From Eledone cirrhosa (Eukaryota), in assembly GCA_964016885.1 (NCBI GenBank), contig OZ024742.1, positions 194,680,001-194,744,000 on the forward strand: a DNA stretch of 64,000 bases, written 5' to 3'. How positions within the stretch are numbered: position 1 is the first letter of the stretch; each line of letters begins with the position of its first letter. A model generated the notes under the pieces. It made no database searches and was not told the origin of the DNA. It saw only the letters and a program-made list of their open reading frames with translations. The position numbers were made by a program, and so were the translations under genes. Shown in pieces: positions 51,323 to 64,000 of this stretch.

Positions 51323-51802
51323 ATATGAATTTGTGTATGACATACCTCAACTGTATTGATGGTTCAATTTAAGTCTTGGCAGTGATTTATTACAACAAAA
51401 CTCAGTATTTATATAGCACAAGTAATAACATGACAAACTAAATATGATGGAGAGAGGGATATGTAGCGATATAAAAGATTTTGGAGGGGCTCAGTATGAC
51501 AAAAATATAGAAGACATAAATAACCCGTAAATATCTGTGTTAGAGAAAAATCAAATGAGAGAGAGAGTGCTAAATATAAGAGAGGAGGGAAGAAACTAAA
51601 AAGATAAAGATAAAAGGAAGGAGGAGGAGATATAGTAGAGAATGGAATACATAACTGTAAAGGAAAAGAAATAAAAAAAGAAAGAAAGAAGAAAGGGACA
51701 TGAAGTTTTTTTCAAATATTAAATCAGTTAGAAGCGACCAATTAAATATCGTGTAATTTTTAATCTATTGTAGTTGGTTACATTTGAGCAAATTATACTA
51801 AT

Positions 51803-52341
51803 ATATAAGTATGTATACGTACATACATATATGTATACAGACGTTCAGTAGTATGTATATATATACATACATGCACACACATATATATATATGTACGTAT
51901 GGATTCACCGAACATTTATTATAATGCTCGGTGTGTTTGTAAACAAACATCCCGAATTAAGCCGTTTTCGGTGCGCCCGGCCGATTAACTCACTCGATAT
52001 GCAAATTAGGCTTCTCAGCCGTTAATATGCATAAGGAAAGTATATACTTTCAGACGTTCAACCATCTGGCAGGAAGGTATACGTTGCTGACGATAGCTAA
52101 TAAGCTTGAAACTAGTACAGCATTCCTTTGTCAGTGTTGAACAAATGAGCAACGATGGTTGCTAGACACTGTACGGCTTAATTCGGGATGTTTGTTTACA
52201 AACACACCGAGCATTATAATAAATGTTCGGTGAATCCATACGTACACATATATATATATATGTGTGCATGTATGTATATATATATATATATACTACTGTA
52301 CGTCTGTATACATATATGTATGTACGTATACATACTTATAT
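51803..52341. mobile_element. Fold-back element: ~165-bp inverted arms around a ~205-bp core with a hammerhead (52083-52121)
   Basis: 51803-51965 is inverted at 52173-52341; gttg-CTGACGA-tagct(aata)agctt-GAAA-ctag-TA-cagc. Confidence 0.82.
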
Positions 52342-52639
52342 TTAAGTAACAGCTGTACTAAGAGTGACAAATGAAATTTTGTTTCATTTTTTCCGTTTAT
52401 ACTATTATATCAAAATTAAACAATATAAGATATTTTCAATAATAATTAGGAGCATAGTAAAATTAATAAATATATTCAATATTAAGTTACAAAATTCAAA
52501 ATCAGAATCCTTATTAACTACCAATGATGTTTACAGATATAGTAAATGTGTCTGAGAGTATTTATCATAACTTAATCGTATATCAGCATCTGTATATGCA
52601 ATTTATATAATGTTTAGAATTATGAACATTATAAACATT

Positions 52640-53265
52640 AAATACTCTCACTCTGCTGGTTGATTCGCTATATATGACTTGCACGGCCATCACAAGCCAA
52701 TCGTCTATACCTATCTTCCTAAGTGCCTATAATATTATAGATACCTTTAGCTAAGACCCTTTCCTGTTGCTGTCCCACCGGCAGCAAGTTTACCTGGCAT
52801 AACACCGAACTGCATCTCATCTAACTTGATTCGTTCCCCAATTATTTGTGCTATAACCATTTCAGCAATTTACTTCGCCTGGTCCTTTAACTTGGTTACT
52901 TCTCTCTAGTGAATCTCCTTTGCTCTTTTCACGATTTACAATGGCAATATTCCGCCAGTCGTTGGATGCAACACCGTCTCGTATTACCTAGTTGATTATG
53001 CGTCTGACTAACACATATCTTACTATGCTAGAGGCTTTTGGTATCTCAGCAATCATACCTGATGGTCCAGCTGCTTTCCATACCTTCAATTTCTTCATTA
53101 CTTTATCTATCATACTGCTGCCAACTTTTATGGCTGGTCCCTCAGTAGGGTCTGCAAGGGGTACACCCTGACTCTCGTTTATTTTCTTCGTTCAGCGGTC
53201 TTCCATACTTCATTCATTTCGGCGTCATACAAGGCATGTAATCCACTATCATTTCGGACACACAC
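52640..53265 (-). pseudogene. RTE-type LINE RT fragment
   Basis: Minus-strand frames give MKKLKVWKAAGPSGMIAE, IKLDEMQFGVMPG and ALRKIGIDDWLVMAVQVIYSESTSRVRV. Confidence 0.8.
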
Positions 53266-53326
53266 TATATATATATATATATATATATAGAAATTACATG
53301 AATCAAAGTTCTGTTCAAATCATTTA

Positions 53327-53376
53327 TTCGCTTACAATTGTTTTTTCCAAACCGAGGTTTGGAGTCTTCGGAGCAA
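53327..53376 (-). ncRNA. Degenerate CCGAAGA-core hammerhead (same family as 1782)
   Basis: ttgct-CCGAAGA-ctccaaac(ctcg)gtttggaa-AAAA-caattg-TA-agcga. Confidence 0.5.
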
Positions 53377-53527
53377 TTTTTCAATGATTGTTTACATACT
53401 TGACCTCCTTTTCAACACAAGAGACATGCAGAAACATATGTATATATTGATGCACAATAAATTACTGTCTTTCACTGTTTAGGGTTTAAAATATATATAA
53501 TTATAAAAAATTAAATAGTATCCTTAA

Positions 53528-53595
<68 letters not shown>

Positions 53596-53726
53596 GTGAG
53601 GTTTTTTCTACAAAATGAAAAATAACCGAGGTGTCCTACTCGAGTGAAAGTATAAAGAAAAAAAGAGGAAATCGAAAATGCAACTGGAGTCTTATTTTTT
53701 TTTAAATATATATATTTATTTGGCTC

Positions 53727-53762
53727 CTTTACCGGTTTCGCAGTTCTTCTGCTTTTCAAAAG
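53727..53762 (-). ncRNA. Minimal type-I hammerhead ribozyme, U3:A8 variant (element 53705-53800)
   Basis: Same core as 7588-7623. Confidence 0.75.
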
Positions 53763-53835
53763 CACAGTTGAGATGGAGGGTCTGTGGTTTTTCTCACATC
53801 CTATATATATATATATACTTTCACTCGTGACACAC

Positions 53836-53870
<35 letters not shown>

Positions 53871-54285
53871 ATGATATTAATAAATGGAAACCAAATTTAT
53901 AAAACAAAATGTGTTTTATAAGTGGTGACAAACCCAAGAAACCAGACCTTATCGGTTCAGGTTCTGTTTGGATAGTGAAAGAAACATTTCAAATCTTTAG
54001 GATGAATATGTAAATGCAGTTGAAACGTAAGGCTGAAAAAAAGATCGTTATATTTAGACGCTAGGTGAATTTAAATAATTATTAGGATAATTTATAGGGG
54101 AAGAAGAAAAAGAGAGGCTATATAAATATTAGGGTGAAAGAAAATTTAAGGAGTGAGTATGAGAAAAAATTATAATTAGAAATACGCTATTATTATTAAG
54201 ATAAAATTGTATGGATCATATCAGTGATGGTGTAAAGAGAGTGATATAATTATATAATCATATATTTGCTTATATATATATATAT

Positions 54286-54588
<303 letters not shown>

Positions 54589-55394
54589 AGTGTGTGTGTG
54601 CGTGTGCGCGTGTGTGTGTAATGATTATTTTTTATCTTGAAAGCAAAAGAACAGAACGGATATTATTACATGTGAATTCTTTTATAACTGTAATAATAGG
54701 AGTTTTGCACGAAAGAGACCCGTTAGATTCTGGAAAAAATTCCACCCTCACAAATGTATCAAATTCAGATTCTTTACACTTTAAAAAATAAAGACAACTG
54801 CCTATTTCCTTTTCTGTACTGCATTTTGTTCTTATCTCATTTTGTTAAATATTATATTGTATAGAAGTTTCCATGATTCAAAAGAAACATAAATGCAAAG
54901 AATATTGGGGAGAATGGGTATAGTTTCTTTTATGAAAGTTTCTTTTACGTTAATAAAATAGACACAAAGTAAAAGCAATAGTTTGCTATACATAAAGAAT
55001 TATTTCTTTTTCCTTCATTTTATTTTGTATTTTGTATGTGTATATATGAAGAAAAACATCTTTCATGCAGCAAATATATTAATGTTGGTATGAGCAAACT
55101 ATAATTAGGAACGATATTCTTCCATGATATTTATGTATGAAGTAAGTTTGTTTGAATGTATGAATGTATGAATGTATATATGCATGTATGTATGACTATG
55201 TATGTATATATGTAAATATGTATGTATATATTTACGAGTGTATGTATGCAGGTTTGTGCGCACGTGTATATGTAAATATGTTTGTATGTATGTATGTGTA
55301 TATGTATGTTTGAAAGTGTGTATGCATGTATGTATGTTTGTAGGTATGCATTTAGGCTTGTATCTATGTATGTATGTATGCATGTAACATGTGC

Positions 55395-55446
<52 letters not shown>

Positions 55447-55470
55447 AGGATATGCTCCGAAATCAATAGA

Positions 55471-55560
55471 TGTGTCCGGGGAACCTGCGAGTCTAGAGTC
55501 AGGTCGATCCACACACAGATCGCACCTCGAGCTGTTCGCCGGGGAGACAATTGTAACACG
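55471..55560 (+). ncRNA. Strongly degenerate hammerhead-like motif
   Basis: tgtgt-CCGGGGA-(stem II)-GAGA-caattg-TA-acacg followed by aataaa. Confidence 0.35.
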
Positions 55561-55721
55561 CAATAAATTGAGTTCCGATGCATCACTTATTTTTTGTTTT
55601 CCACTCTATCATACTCTGCTCCGTAGGAGCATAGAGTGCTCAACCGGCATACCGCTTATAGAAGCATCTTTGCTACCATTAAACATATATATATATTTAT
55701 ATATAGAGAGAGAGAGGGAGG

Positions 55722-55776
<55 letters not shown>

Positions 55777-55817
55777 AGGAAAAGCGAAGTAGTTTCAGAT
55801 GTTCAAGTTGTTTAATA

Positions 55818-56006
55818 GTAATTGTTTCTACTTTAGGCACAAGGCCAGCAATTACCCAGTGCATTACTGGTACATTATTTTATCGACCCCGTAAGGATGA
55901 AAGGCAAAGTCAACCTCGGCGGGATTTGAACTCAGATCGTAAAGGGACGTAACTATGCTGGAAAGCATGGCGTCCGACCCTCTACCGATACTGCCAATCC
56001 ACCGCC
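55818..56006 (-). mobile_element. tRNA-derived SINE (family A)
   Basis: Full-length match to the other copies. Confidence 0.88.
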
Positions 56007-56452
56007 AATTGTTTAATAGTAATGCTGTGATATATATTTCAATGGCGACAGTGGCCACACTGTTGCGTGCGCCAGTGTCGCGACATCGTCAGACAGCTTG
56101 TTACATAATAAGGTTATGTTTCCGAGGCAATCCAAATTGAATCGACATGGGAACGGACAAACGAAGTGTGTGCTCTTGAGTTTTTCATCCATTCCCTTGT
56201 GAGCACCAATTCACCCCCACCGGTCTGCGCAGGCGCAGGTCCGAAGGAAATTGACCATTAGCTACCGCAGGGTTCAACGAAATTCGCCTAGGCAGTTCCC
56301 CCACTCAACCAAACAGTGACCTATCCAGGCCTGTAATATATAGCTTACTGCTAGCCACCCCGTCAGTGGCAGTCGGCCGAAAGCTAGTGGTGGTGGGAGA
56401 GTATGAGTATCAATAGGTCTCAATACTACCCCACTTTAAGCATGGACAGTAT

Positions 56453-56838
56453 TGTAGAAGATCACGCCATCTAGCGTCGACTGTGAAGGCAGTCGATTAA
56501 CTGCCCTTAGTTCTGACGTCACGTTCTGACGTCAGTAGCAGAAACAATATTTATTAAACGATGATCTCCTCGGGAAAAAGAGACGTGCTATCTCTATCGT
56601 GCTATCTTCATGCAGTGATCCAAAGGATGACATAACACCATGCGGCAGTATATGACGACTTAAATATATCCCAACCTAGAAGCACTAATGTAATTGAATA
56701 TATTCTGTAATTGCTCCTATATAAAAAATATTTTTTTATAACATAAAATTGAGGTATATTCCTTATTCCTTGTTTGACTATGTGCCAGTATACCATATCC
56801 AACTAGACGGGATGTCTGACGACCATCGCCCGCCTAAA
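56453..56838 (+). repeat. 5' LTR
   Basis: TGTAG...CTAAA, direct repeat of 60847-61229. Confidence 0.93.
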
Positions 56839-56839
56839 G

Positions 56840-56855
56840 TGGTGACCCTCGACGA
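56840..56855 (+). promoter_or_regulatory. Primer-binding site (tRNA-Trp-like)
   Basis: tggtgaccctcgacg versus the canonical Trp PBS TGGTGACCCCGACG. Confidence 0.8.
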
Positions 56856-57144
56856 TTAAATATGAAAACGAAGCCTGCTTAATTTCACCATTCGTTTTAA
56901 ATTGAAAATTGTTCATCTTAAACAACATTCCCGCACATTGATTGGCTTAGCCTCGTCACGCGACCATATGCTGGTTTTGGGAAAAGAAATGCAACGTCAT
57001 CTTGTTTGATAATGACTATGTATTTCTTGTACTGTGACTGAATTTCTTTTGCTTGCGGCAACTTTATGGATGTTTAGGGAAAATTGAGCTGTTTTCCCGT
57101 CGTTCTGAACATTACTTACTTTTATTCGTCCTTGTGAAAATAGA

Positions 57145-57459
57145 TTGACAATGAATGGTCCTAATTTACCTGCTTCTTCTTCACATTCGAACCAGCCCGT
57201 CTCGACACGCGAGGATGCCATGTTAAAAGCTATTGACGCTTTGACACAGCAAGTCGCTCGGTTATGCAGGGAGAATAGGCCGTATTCCCGGCGGCCTAGG
57301 AGTCGTTCGCGTTCTTTCGCGACTCCATGTCAGTATACTACTTTGCCCGCCAGCAATCCATTATTTTGCTGGTATCATGCTACCTTTGCGGATAAGGCAA
57401 ATCATTGCCGGCCTCCGTGTAATTATTCGGCCGCGGGAAATGTGGAACAGAGTTACTAA
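57145..57459 (+). pseudogene. gag: gag C-terminal remnant with CHCC zinc knuckle
   Basis: CWYHATFADKANHCRPPC preceded by RSRSRS. Confidence 0.85.
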
Positions 57460-60400
57460 AGGCGGCTAGTGAACTCTGCGAGACAAGACGGAACCGCTAT
57501 TTCTTCATAGAGGACCTCCTGTCTGGAAGAGCTTTCTCATAGACACAGGAGCTTCGTGCAGTATTTGGCCTGTAAATTGTGTGACAGTAACTCCTCCTGA
57601 GTCATCAATGAATCTACAAGCTGTCAATCATTCGCCGATACGGACTTTTGGACAAATCTCGCTTCCTCTGCAATTCAGAAATCTTCGACGAGAATTCAAA
57701 TGGATTTTTACGGTTGCTCACCTACCATATCCGATCTTGGGAGAGGATTTTCTACACCATTTTGCATTGACGGTGGACGTCCGTGGCCGACGCCTAGTAG
57801 ACGACATTACTGGGTTTTCTCTTCGTGGCCAGAAAGCTAATTTTCCAACAGTTAGCCCGATCTTTTTCATCGCTAATGCTGGGAATCCCTATCATGCATT
57901 ATTGAATTCTTTCCCACAGCTTACTCAGGGAAATTTTCGAGTTGTCGAACCGACTCACACAACGGAGCATTTTATCTCTACAACTGGCGCCCCAGTGTTC
58001 TCACGTCCTCGTCGCTTGCCTGCGGACAAATTGAAAGCAGCACGGTCCGACTTCGACCACATGCTGCAGCTAGGCATAATTCGCCCTTCTACGAGATCTT
58101 GGGCTTCTCCATTGCAAATGGTACCCAAGACTTCTGGCGACTGGAGCCCACTGGGGATTATAGGAAGTTAAATGCTATAACTGTCCCGGATAGATATCCT
58201 ATTCCACACCTGCAAGATTTTGCATCGTCATTGCAGGGATGTAAAATATTCTCGAAGCTCGATTTGGTGCGAGCCTATCATCAGATTCCTGTCAAGAAAG
58301 AAGATATTCCGAAAACGGCCTTTACAACTCCATTTGGTTCATTCGAATTTCTTACCATGCCTTTCGGACTTAGGAATGCTGCCAGCACCTTTCAACGGTA
58401 CATGGATGAGGTCTCTCGTGGTTTAGACTTCGTCTACACTTATATTGATGATCTGCTTATTGCTAGTTCCTCCAGAGAAGAACACATACGTCATTTGAAT
58501 CTTTTGTTTTGTCGACTCAAGGATTACAGTGTTCAAATAAATACCACAAAATGTGTTTTCGGTGCGGAATCGCTGAATTTTTTAGGTCATGTCATTGACT
58601 CCGAGGGTATTCGACTCCTCCCTCAACGAGTTCAGGCTATAGCGGATTTGCCTCCGCCGACCTCACTTCGTCAGTTGCGACAATTCCTAGGACTGATAAA
58701 TTTCTATAGACGTTTTGTTCCGCATTGTGCTAATCTACTTTTATCTCTTACTGAGATACTGAAAAATTGCCGCAAGAAAAATAAAGACATCTCTTTGACT
58801 CAGATTCAGCTCAAGGATTTTCAAAAAGCCAAATCAGCATTGGCTAGTGCATCTTTGCTGGCCCACCCAGTGTCCAATGCCAAGCTTTCGCTTTCTGTTG
58901 ATGCGTCGGATACTGCAGTGGGTGCAGTCTTACAACAGAGTAGTGACGATCACCAACAACCACTGGAATTTGTCTCCAGGAAGTTGAAACCTGCAGAAAC
59001 TCACTACAGCACCTTTGGCCGGAAACTGTTAGCCATCTACCTGTCCATGAAACATTTTTCACATATGCTCGAAGGAAGGTGTTTTACAATCTATACTTTC
59101 CATAAACCTTTGACCTTCGCTTTAAGGGCAAAGTCCGACAAGTACTCGCTCAGAGAAACAAGGATCTCGACTTTATCTCGCAATTCACAAACAACATCCA
59201 ACACATTCCAGGCTCATTGAACACGGCGACTGACGCCCTGACTCGATTGCCGATCAGTTCATTTACGTCATCCCACGACATCGATTTAAATCACTTGGCA
59301 GCAGACCAGCCTGCACTGGAATCGTTGGATATTACATCAGCCGAATTTGCGACGAGTAATTTGAAATACCTGCCATTGCCCACCGCAGACGGACAGATTC
59401 TCTGCGACGTTTCCTTGGATTCACCGAGATCATTCGTCCCGCTAAACCATCGTGGTACTTTGTTTCTTGCTTTACACAGCATTTCCCACCCAGGATCTTC
59501 TGCCACAGTAAAGCTCATAACAGCCAGATTCTTCTGGCCAAATATGAGGCGCGATATTATTGCTTGGTGCCGTTCCTGCATCGCTTGCCAGAAATTGAAA
59601 ATCCATAAACACGTTAAGGCTCCGCTCGGTACGTTCAGTACACCGGACGCCCGTTTCCGGCACATTCATGTGGACATCGTGGAACCTTGGCCAGTCAGTG
59701 GTGGTCATACTTATCTATTGACAGTTATTGATCGTTTTTCGCGATGGCCTGAAGCCATCCCCTTGAAAGACATCACTGCTGAAACGACAGCGCGTGCCCT
59801 AGTATCAGGATGGATTCCCGCTTTGGAGCGCCAACCACGATTACAACGGACCGTGGGAGACAGTTTGAATCGAATCTCTGCAATGAATTAACGAAAATCA
59901 TCGGCGCTAAACGCATCCGAACGACTGCATATCATCCTTCCTCTAATGGAATGGTGGAGCGCTTCCACCGACAACTAAAAGCCGCTCTACGGACTTCTCC
60001 TGACTCTACGCGTTGGAGCGAGTACCTCCCTATTGTGTTGTTGGGGATTCGGTCATCAATAAAGGAGGACTTTGAGTTCTCCCCGGCCGATATATTGTAT
60101 GGTGCTCCTCTAGCGTTGCCGGGGCAAATGCTTTCCCCTGTCGATCTTGCTGCACAAGATCCGCTTTCCTGCGTTCTTATTTTCAGGACCTGTCGCCGAT
60201 GGATACGAGGAAACAAACTGTAAAATCTGCCGTCCCGAGGGATATTGCCTCGTGGACACATGTGTTCGTAAGAAACGATGCTGTGAGACCACCTCTCACA
60301 CAACCGTACACTGGACCCTACCGTGTGTTGGCTCGTTCTGATAAACATTTCACTGTAGACCTTAAGGGATCCAGAGAGACCATTGCAGTTGATAGACTTA

Positions 60401-60510
60401 AAAGGGCACACACAGATGCTCACACACCTGAGCCACATATACCCCCATCTTTCTGTTTTGCACACACACCTGTTTCTTTGCCCCCCCCCCTCCCCATCAC
60501 CAAGATATAA
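57435..60510 (+). pseudogene. pol: pol (protease, RT, RNase H, integrase) broken by several frameshifts
   Basis: [46 protein letters not shown]3-H...[35 protein letters not shown]. Confidence 0.93.
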
Positions 60511-60846
60511 GACTACGACCCGTTCCGGTCGGAGGGTTCATTGGCCCTAAAAACTGTGTAGCATGGTGTATTTTTAAACTGCTATTGTGCGGTGCTTTAA
60601 TCCTGTAGTGACTTTTGGAACTTTTAGGAAATTGTATTTACATTTTATAACATTTGTTTTTTTTTCCTTTCACATTATTGCATGCTTGTTTAATATGCAT
60701 TTTTGAAATTTCTTGTGCCCTTCATGCTCGGTTGGGCTGATTGCTCCTTTGTTTGGGATTTTTGATGGTTGCTAATCGTCTTTTCTACATACATGACTCG
60801 ATGAACCGATTTTTATTTAATTTTCTAAAAATCTGGTGGTAGGCCA

Positions 60847-61229
60847 TGTAGAAGTTCACGCCATCTAGCGTCGACTGTGAAGGCAGTCGATTAACTGCCC
60901 TTAGTTCTGACGTCACGTTCTGACGTCAAAGGCTGAAACAATATTTATTAAATGATGATCTCCTCGGGAAAAAGAGACGTGCTATCTCTATCGTTCTATC
61001 TACATGCTGTGATCCAAAGGATGACATCACACCATGCGGCAGTATATGACGACTTAAATATATCCCAACCTAGGAGCACTAATGTAATTGAATATATTCT
61101 GTAATTGCTCCTATAAAAAAATGTTTTTATAACATAAAATTGAGGTATATTCCTTATTCCTTGTTTGACTATGTGCCAGTATACCATATCCAATTAGACG
61201 GGATGTCTGGCGACCATCGCCCGCCTAAA
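60847..61229 (+). repeat. 3' LTR
   Basis: Direct repeat of the 5' LTR, preceded by a degenerate purine tract. Confidence 0.93.
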
Positions 61230-61325
61230 GTATAATTAACCATCAACCTCTAAGAGAAAATATACTTAATTCTAGGTATTATGGTTTCACAGTGGAAATT
61301 ATGAATGAGAGTTGGAAATTAAAAC

Positions 61326-61384
<59 letters not shown>

Positions 61385-61461
61385 GTGTGCAATTATGTAT
61401 GTATGTATATACATATGTATACATGAGTGCATGTGTGTATATATATGCATGTATAAGTATT

Positions 61462-61515
<54 letters not shown>

Positions 61516-61559
61516 TTTCATACATTTAATATGTATGCGTGACCTTAGGTTTGGGGCTC

Positions 61560-61892
61560 TAATCAACAGTCTCTTGGACCATGTGCGCTTCCTGGGTGGT
61601 CCAGATCCGGAGATATTTTATTGCGGTTCTCAACTCTCCCATATGTCTCAAACTTCTTTATCCGGTTTTGTATATTTGACTGTTCAAAAACATGCATGAA
61701 ATTTCTCCTGGCCTGCTTGTACGAGTCACATATACAGAAATGTTTCACACACAAGATCTGGTGCTGGATATCCCACAAGAATCTAGTTATCTTCTCAGGC
61801 ATTTTATTTTTCAATTCAATGTGAATCAGTTAAGAAATGAATATACAATTATACAAAACGTTCCCGGAATCAGTTGTTTTTGAATCACCCTG
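61560..61892 (-). mobile_element. Tc1/mariner-type transposon 5' fragment
   Basis: Minus strand starts cagggtgattcaaaaa (TIR-like); ORF 61563..61814 SYKQARRNF...IQNRIKKFETYGRVENR resembles an N-terminal HTH. Confidence 0.55.
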
Positions 61893-61944
61893 ATATTTTG
61901 TATACCAACAAATGCATTTCTGAGGTAGATTATATATGGCTTTC

Positions 61945-62054
<110 letters not shown>

Positions 62055-62352
62055 AAATTATAATCTGGTATCCCGCCATGTCGCATTCATATTCACCAAG
62101 CTCCTCCGTTTCCTGGATATAGAATGATGTAATTTAATATGCACACAATCTGACTGAAATAGACAATAAAGACTGTGATGAGTTATGTATAGCTTTATTA
62201 CAGACAACTGCCAAATTCATCTACACACCTACATACACAATTCTACACATACTCAAACACATACATATAATTATATGAGCGTATATGTGTGTGTGTATGT
62301 ATATATATATATATAATATATAAGATCAAAAGATGGTTAATAGAGTTCAATG

Positions 62353-62423
62353 TATTTTATTATGCGCATTTCAAAACCAAATATCATCATGCAATAACAT
62401 TTGTGTTTTCATCAGATAAAATA
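62353..62423 (-). ncRNA. Type-I hammerhead ribozyme (family F2)
   Basis: Inverted copy of 62539-62609. Confidence 0.72.
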
Positions 62424-62538
62424 GGAAGACATGATATGAAGGTTAAAAAACACTTGTGAATAGTGCTGTTTTAAATCAACATATTACTATTCACTGCACT
62501 ATTCACAAGTGTTTTTTAACCTTCATATCATGTCTTCT

Positions 62539-62609
62539 TATTTTATCTGATGAAAACACAAATGTTATTGCATGATGATATTTGTTTTTGAAATGCGCAT
62601 AATAAAATA
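62539..62609 (+). ncRNA. Type-I hammerhead ribozyme (family F2)
   Basis: tattttat-CTGATGA-aaacacaaatgtta...tgatatttgttttt-GAAA-tgcgca-TA-ataaaata; 8-bp stem I, AUA site. Confidence 0.78.
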
Positions 62610-63135
62610 CATAGAACTCTTTTAACCATCTTTTGATCTTATATATTATGTATACTCCAGTCCTATAAACTGTAGAGTGCTTCTTATCCGATATCTGCAT
62701 TGCTTTATTGTACTACAATAAAACTCCCCTCCTACATATATATATATATATATATATTAATATACATATATATATATATTATAAAGCTGACGGCCGTATG
62801 TATGTAACAAACTTTTCGCCAAACGGCTAGACCAAACAGCACCACATTTGCACCATAGATGTATATTTTTCCAAGTAAGTGAGGGTATTTTTGTCTACTA
62901 AATTTGGTTAAAAGATTAAAGATATTTTATTGTTTATTTAAATATTCACTTCTTTAAAATTTTCAAATATCAGCACTTCCGGTTAGCGATCTCTCTCTTT
63001 CTTAGTCTGTCTTTTTAGATACATACATAGCTATAACCACGCGCCCTTATAATATATGTCTGTATGTCTGCCTGTCTGAATTACGAAAACCATTCTGTAC
63101 ATTGACTTCGTTATCTCTGTGTGTGTGTATGTATA

Positions 63136-63206
<71 letters not shown>

Positions 63207-63531
63207 TTAGTATCATACTTAAGATTACATCTTATTACAGCATTCCTTTATACGTATATATATACATACATAAACATGTTATTTACAGTTGTATAAAAAG
63301 GAAGTATAATTACTTCTACATTTGGAACAAGGCCAGCAATTATTCCAGTACATTAGTGGTACTTTATTATATATAATATATATAATACGACATTCCTCTC
63401 TCTTTCTTACTCTGTCTTTTTAGATAGATACATAGCTATAATGTCGCACGCTTATAATATCTGTCTGTATGTCTGCCTGTCTGCAGTGACTTCGCTTCTA
63501 ACGAACTTTTAATTCATTATATATATATAAG

Positions 63532-63722
63532 AGGGCGGTGGATTGGCAGTATCGGTGGAGGGTCGGAGGCCATGCTTTGCAGCACAGTTACGTCCCTTTA
63601 CGGACTGAGTTCAAATCCAGCCAAGGTTAACTTTGCCTTTCATCCTTACGGGGTCGATAAAATAAAGTACCAGTAATACACTGGGATAATTGCTGGCCTT
63701 GTGCCAAAAGTGGAACCAATTA
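63532..63722 (+). mobile_element. tRNA-derived SINE (family A)
   Basis: Full-length match to the other copies. Confidence 0.88.
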
Positions 63723-63744
63723 TATATATATAATTATATATTCG

Positions 63745-64000
63745 TGTTTATATTTTCAACAGTAATACTATACTATACTATATATGTTCAACAGTAATAC
63801 TGTACTATACTATATATTTTCAACAGTAATACTCTACTATACTATATATTTTCAACAGTAATACTATACTATACTATATATGTTCAACAGTAATACTGTA
63901 CTATACTATATATTTTCAACGGTAATACTGTACTATATATTTTCAACAGTAATACTGTACTATATATTTTCACCAGTAATACTATACTATATATTTTCAA
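63745..64000. repeat. ~29-39 bp minisatellite (tatattttcaacagtaatactatactatac)
   Basis: Direct reading; runs to the window end. Confidence 0.9.

Larger units (their letters stand above)
56453..61229 (+). mobile_element. Ty3/Gypsy LTR retrotransposon, CsRN1-like clade, decayed
   Basis: Paired LTRs, 4-bp TSD gtat (56449-56452 / 61230-61233), Trp-type PBS, CHCC gag knuckle, PR-RT-RH-IN order. Confidence 0.95.
62313..62649. mobile_element. Fold-back element (family F2) carrying a hammerhead on each strand
   Basis: 62313-62466 is inverted at 62496-62649. Confidence 0.88.

Noticed and set aside
54630-54790. Possible minus-strand host exon ([27 protein letters not shown]...)
   Set aside because: Short open frame after a weak acceptor, with no recognisable homology or partner exons; it needs RNA-seq to assess.

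Overview
AT-rich, microsatellite-saturated eukaryotic DNA. The SINE, LINE and simple-repeat content suggests an octopus or other coleoid cephalopod (inference). I found no supportable host gene, and nearly all short ORFs in the track are translations of (TA)n/(CA)n/(GA)n/(TTC)n repeats. Recognisable elements: (1) a ~9.5 kb minus-strand Helitron (16237-25727) with an intact ~1590-aa RepHel ORF, two CTAG terminators and internal tandem arrays; (2) a 5'-truncated but stop-free Penelope-like element (RT + GIY-YIG) inside (TA)n, plus a second PLE endonuclease fragment; (3) a decayed CsRN1-type Gypsy element with both LTRs, a tRNA-Trp PBS and a 4-bp TSD; (4) RTE, CR1 and L1/Tx1 LINE fragments, a mariner fragment, small non-autonomous Helitrons and about ten tRNA-derived SINEs. 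The most striking unexplained signal is a swarm of more than 20 minimal type-I hammerhead ribozyme motifs from several unrelated short families. These include U3:A8-covariant and U4C cores. Most sit in fold-back (inverted-repeat) cassettes inserted into (TA)n runs. A 536-bp palindrome of four tRNA-like Pol III units has the same architecture. I read these as non-autonomous, ribozyme-bearing, microsatellite-targeting retroelements probably mobilised by Penelope-like RT/GIY-YIG proteins. All structures were folded by eye, so coordinates of degenerate elements are approximate.
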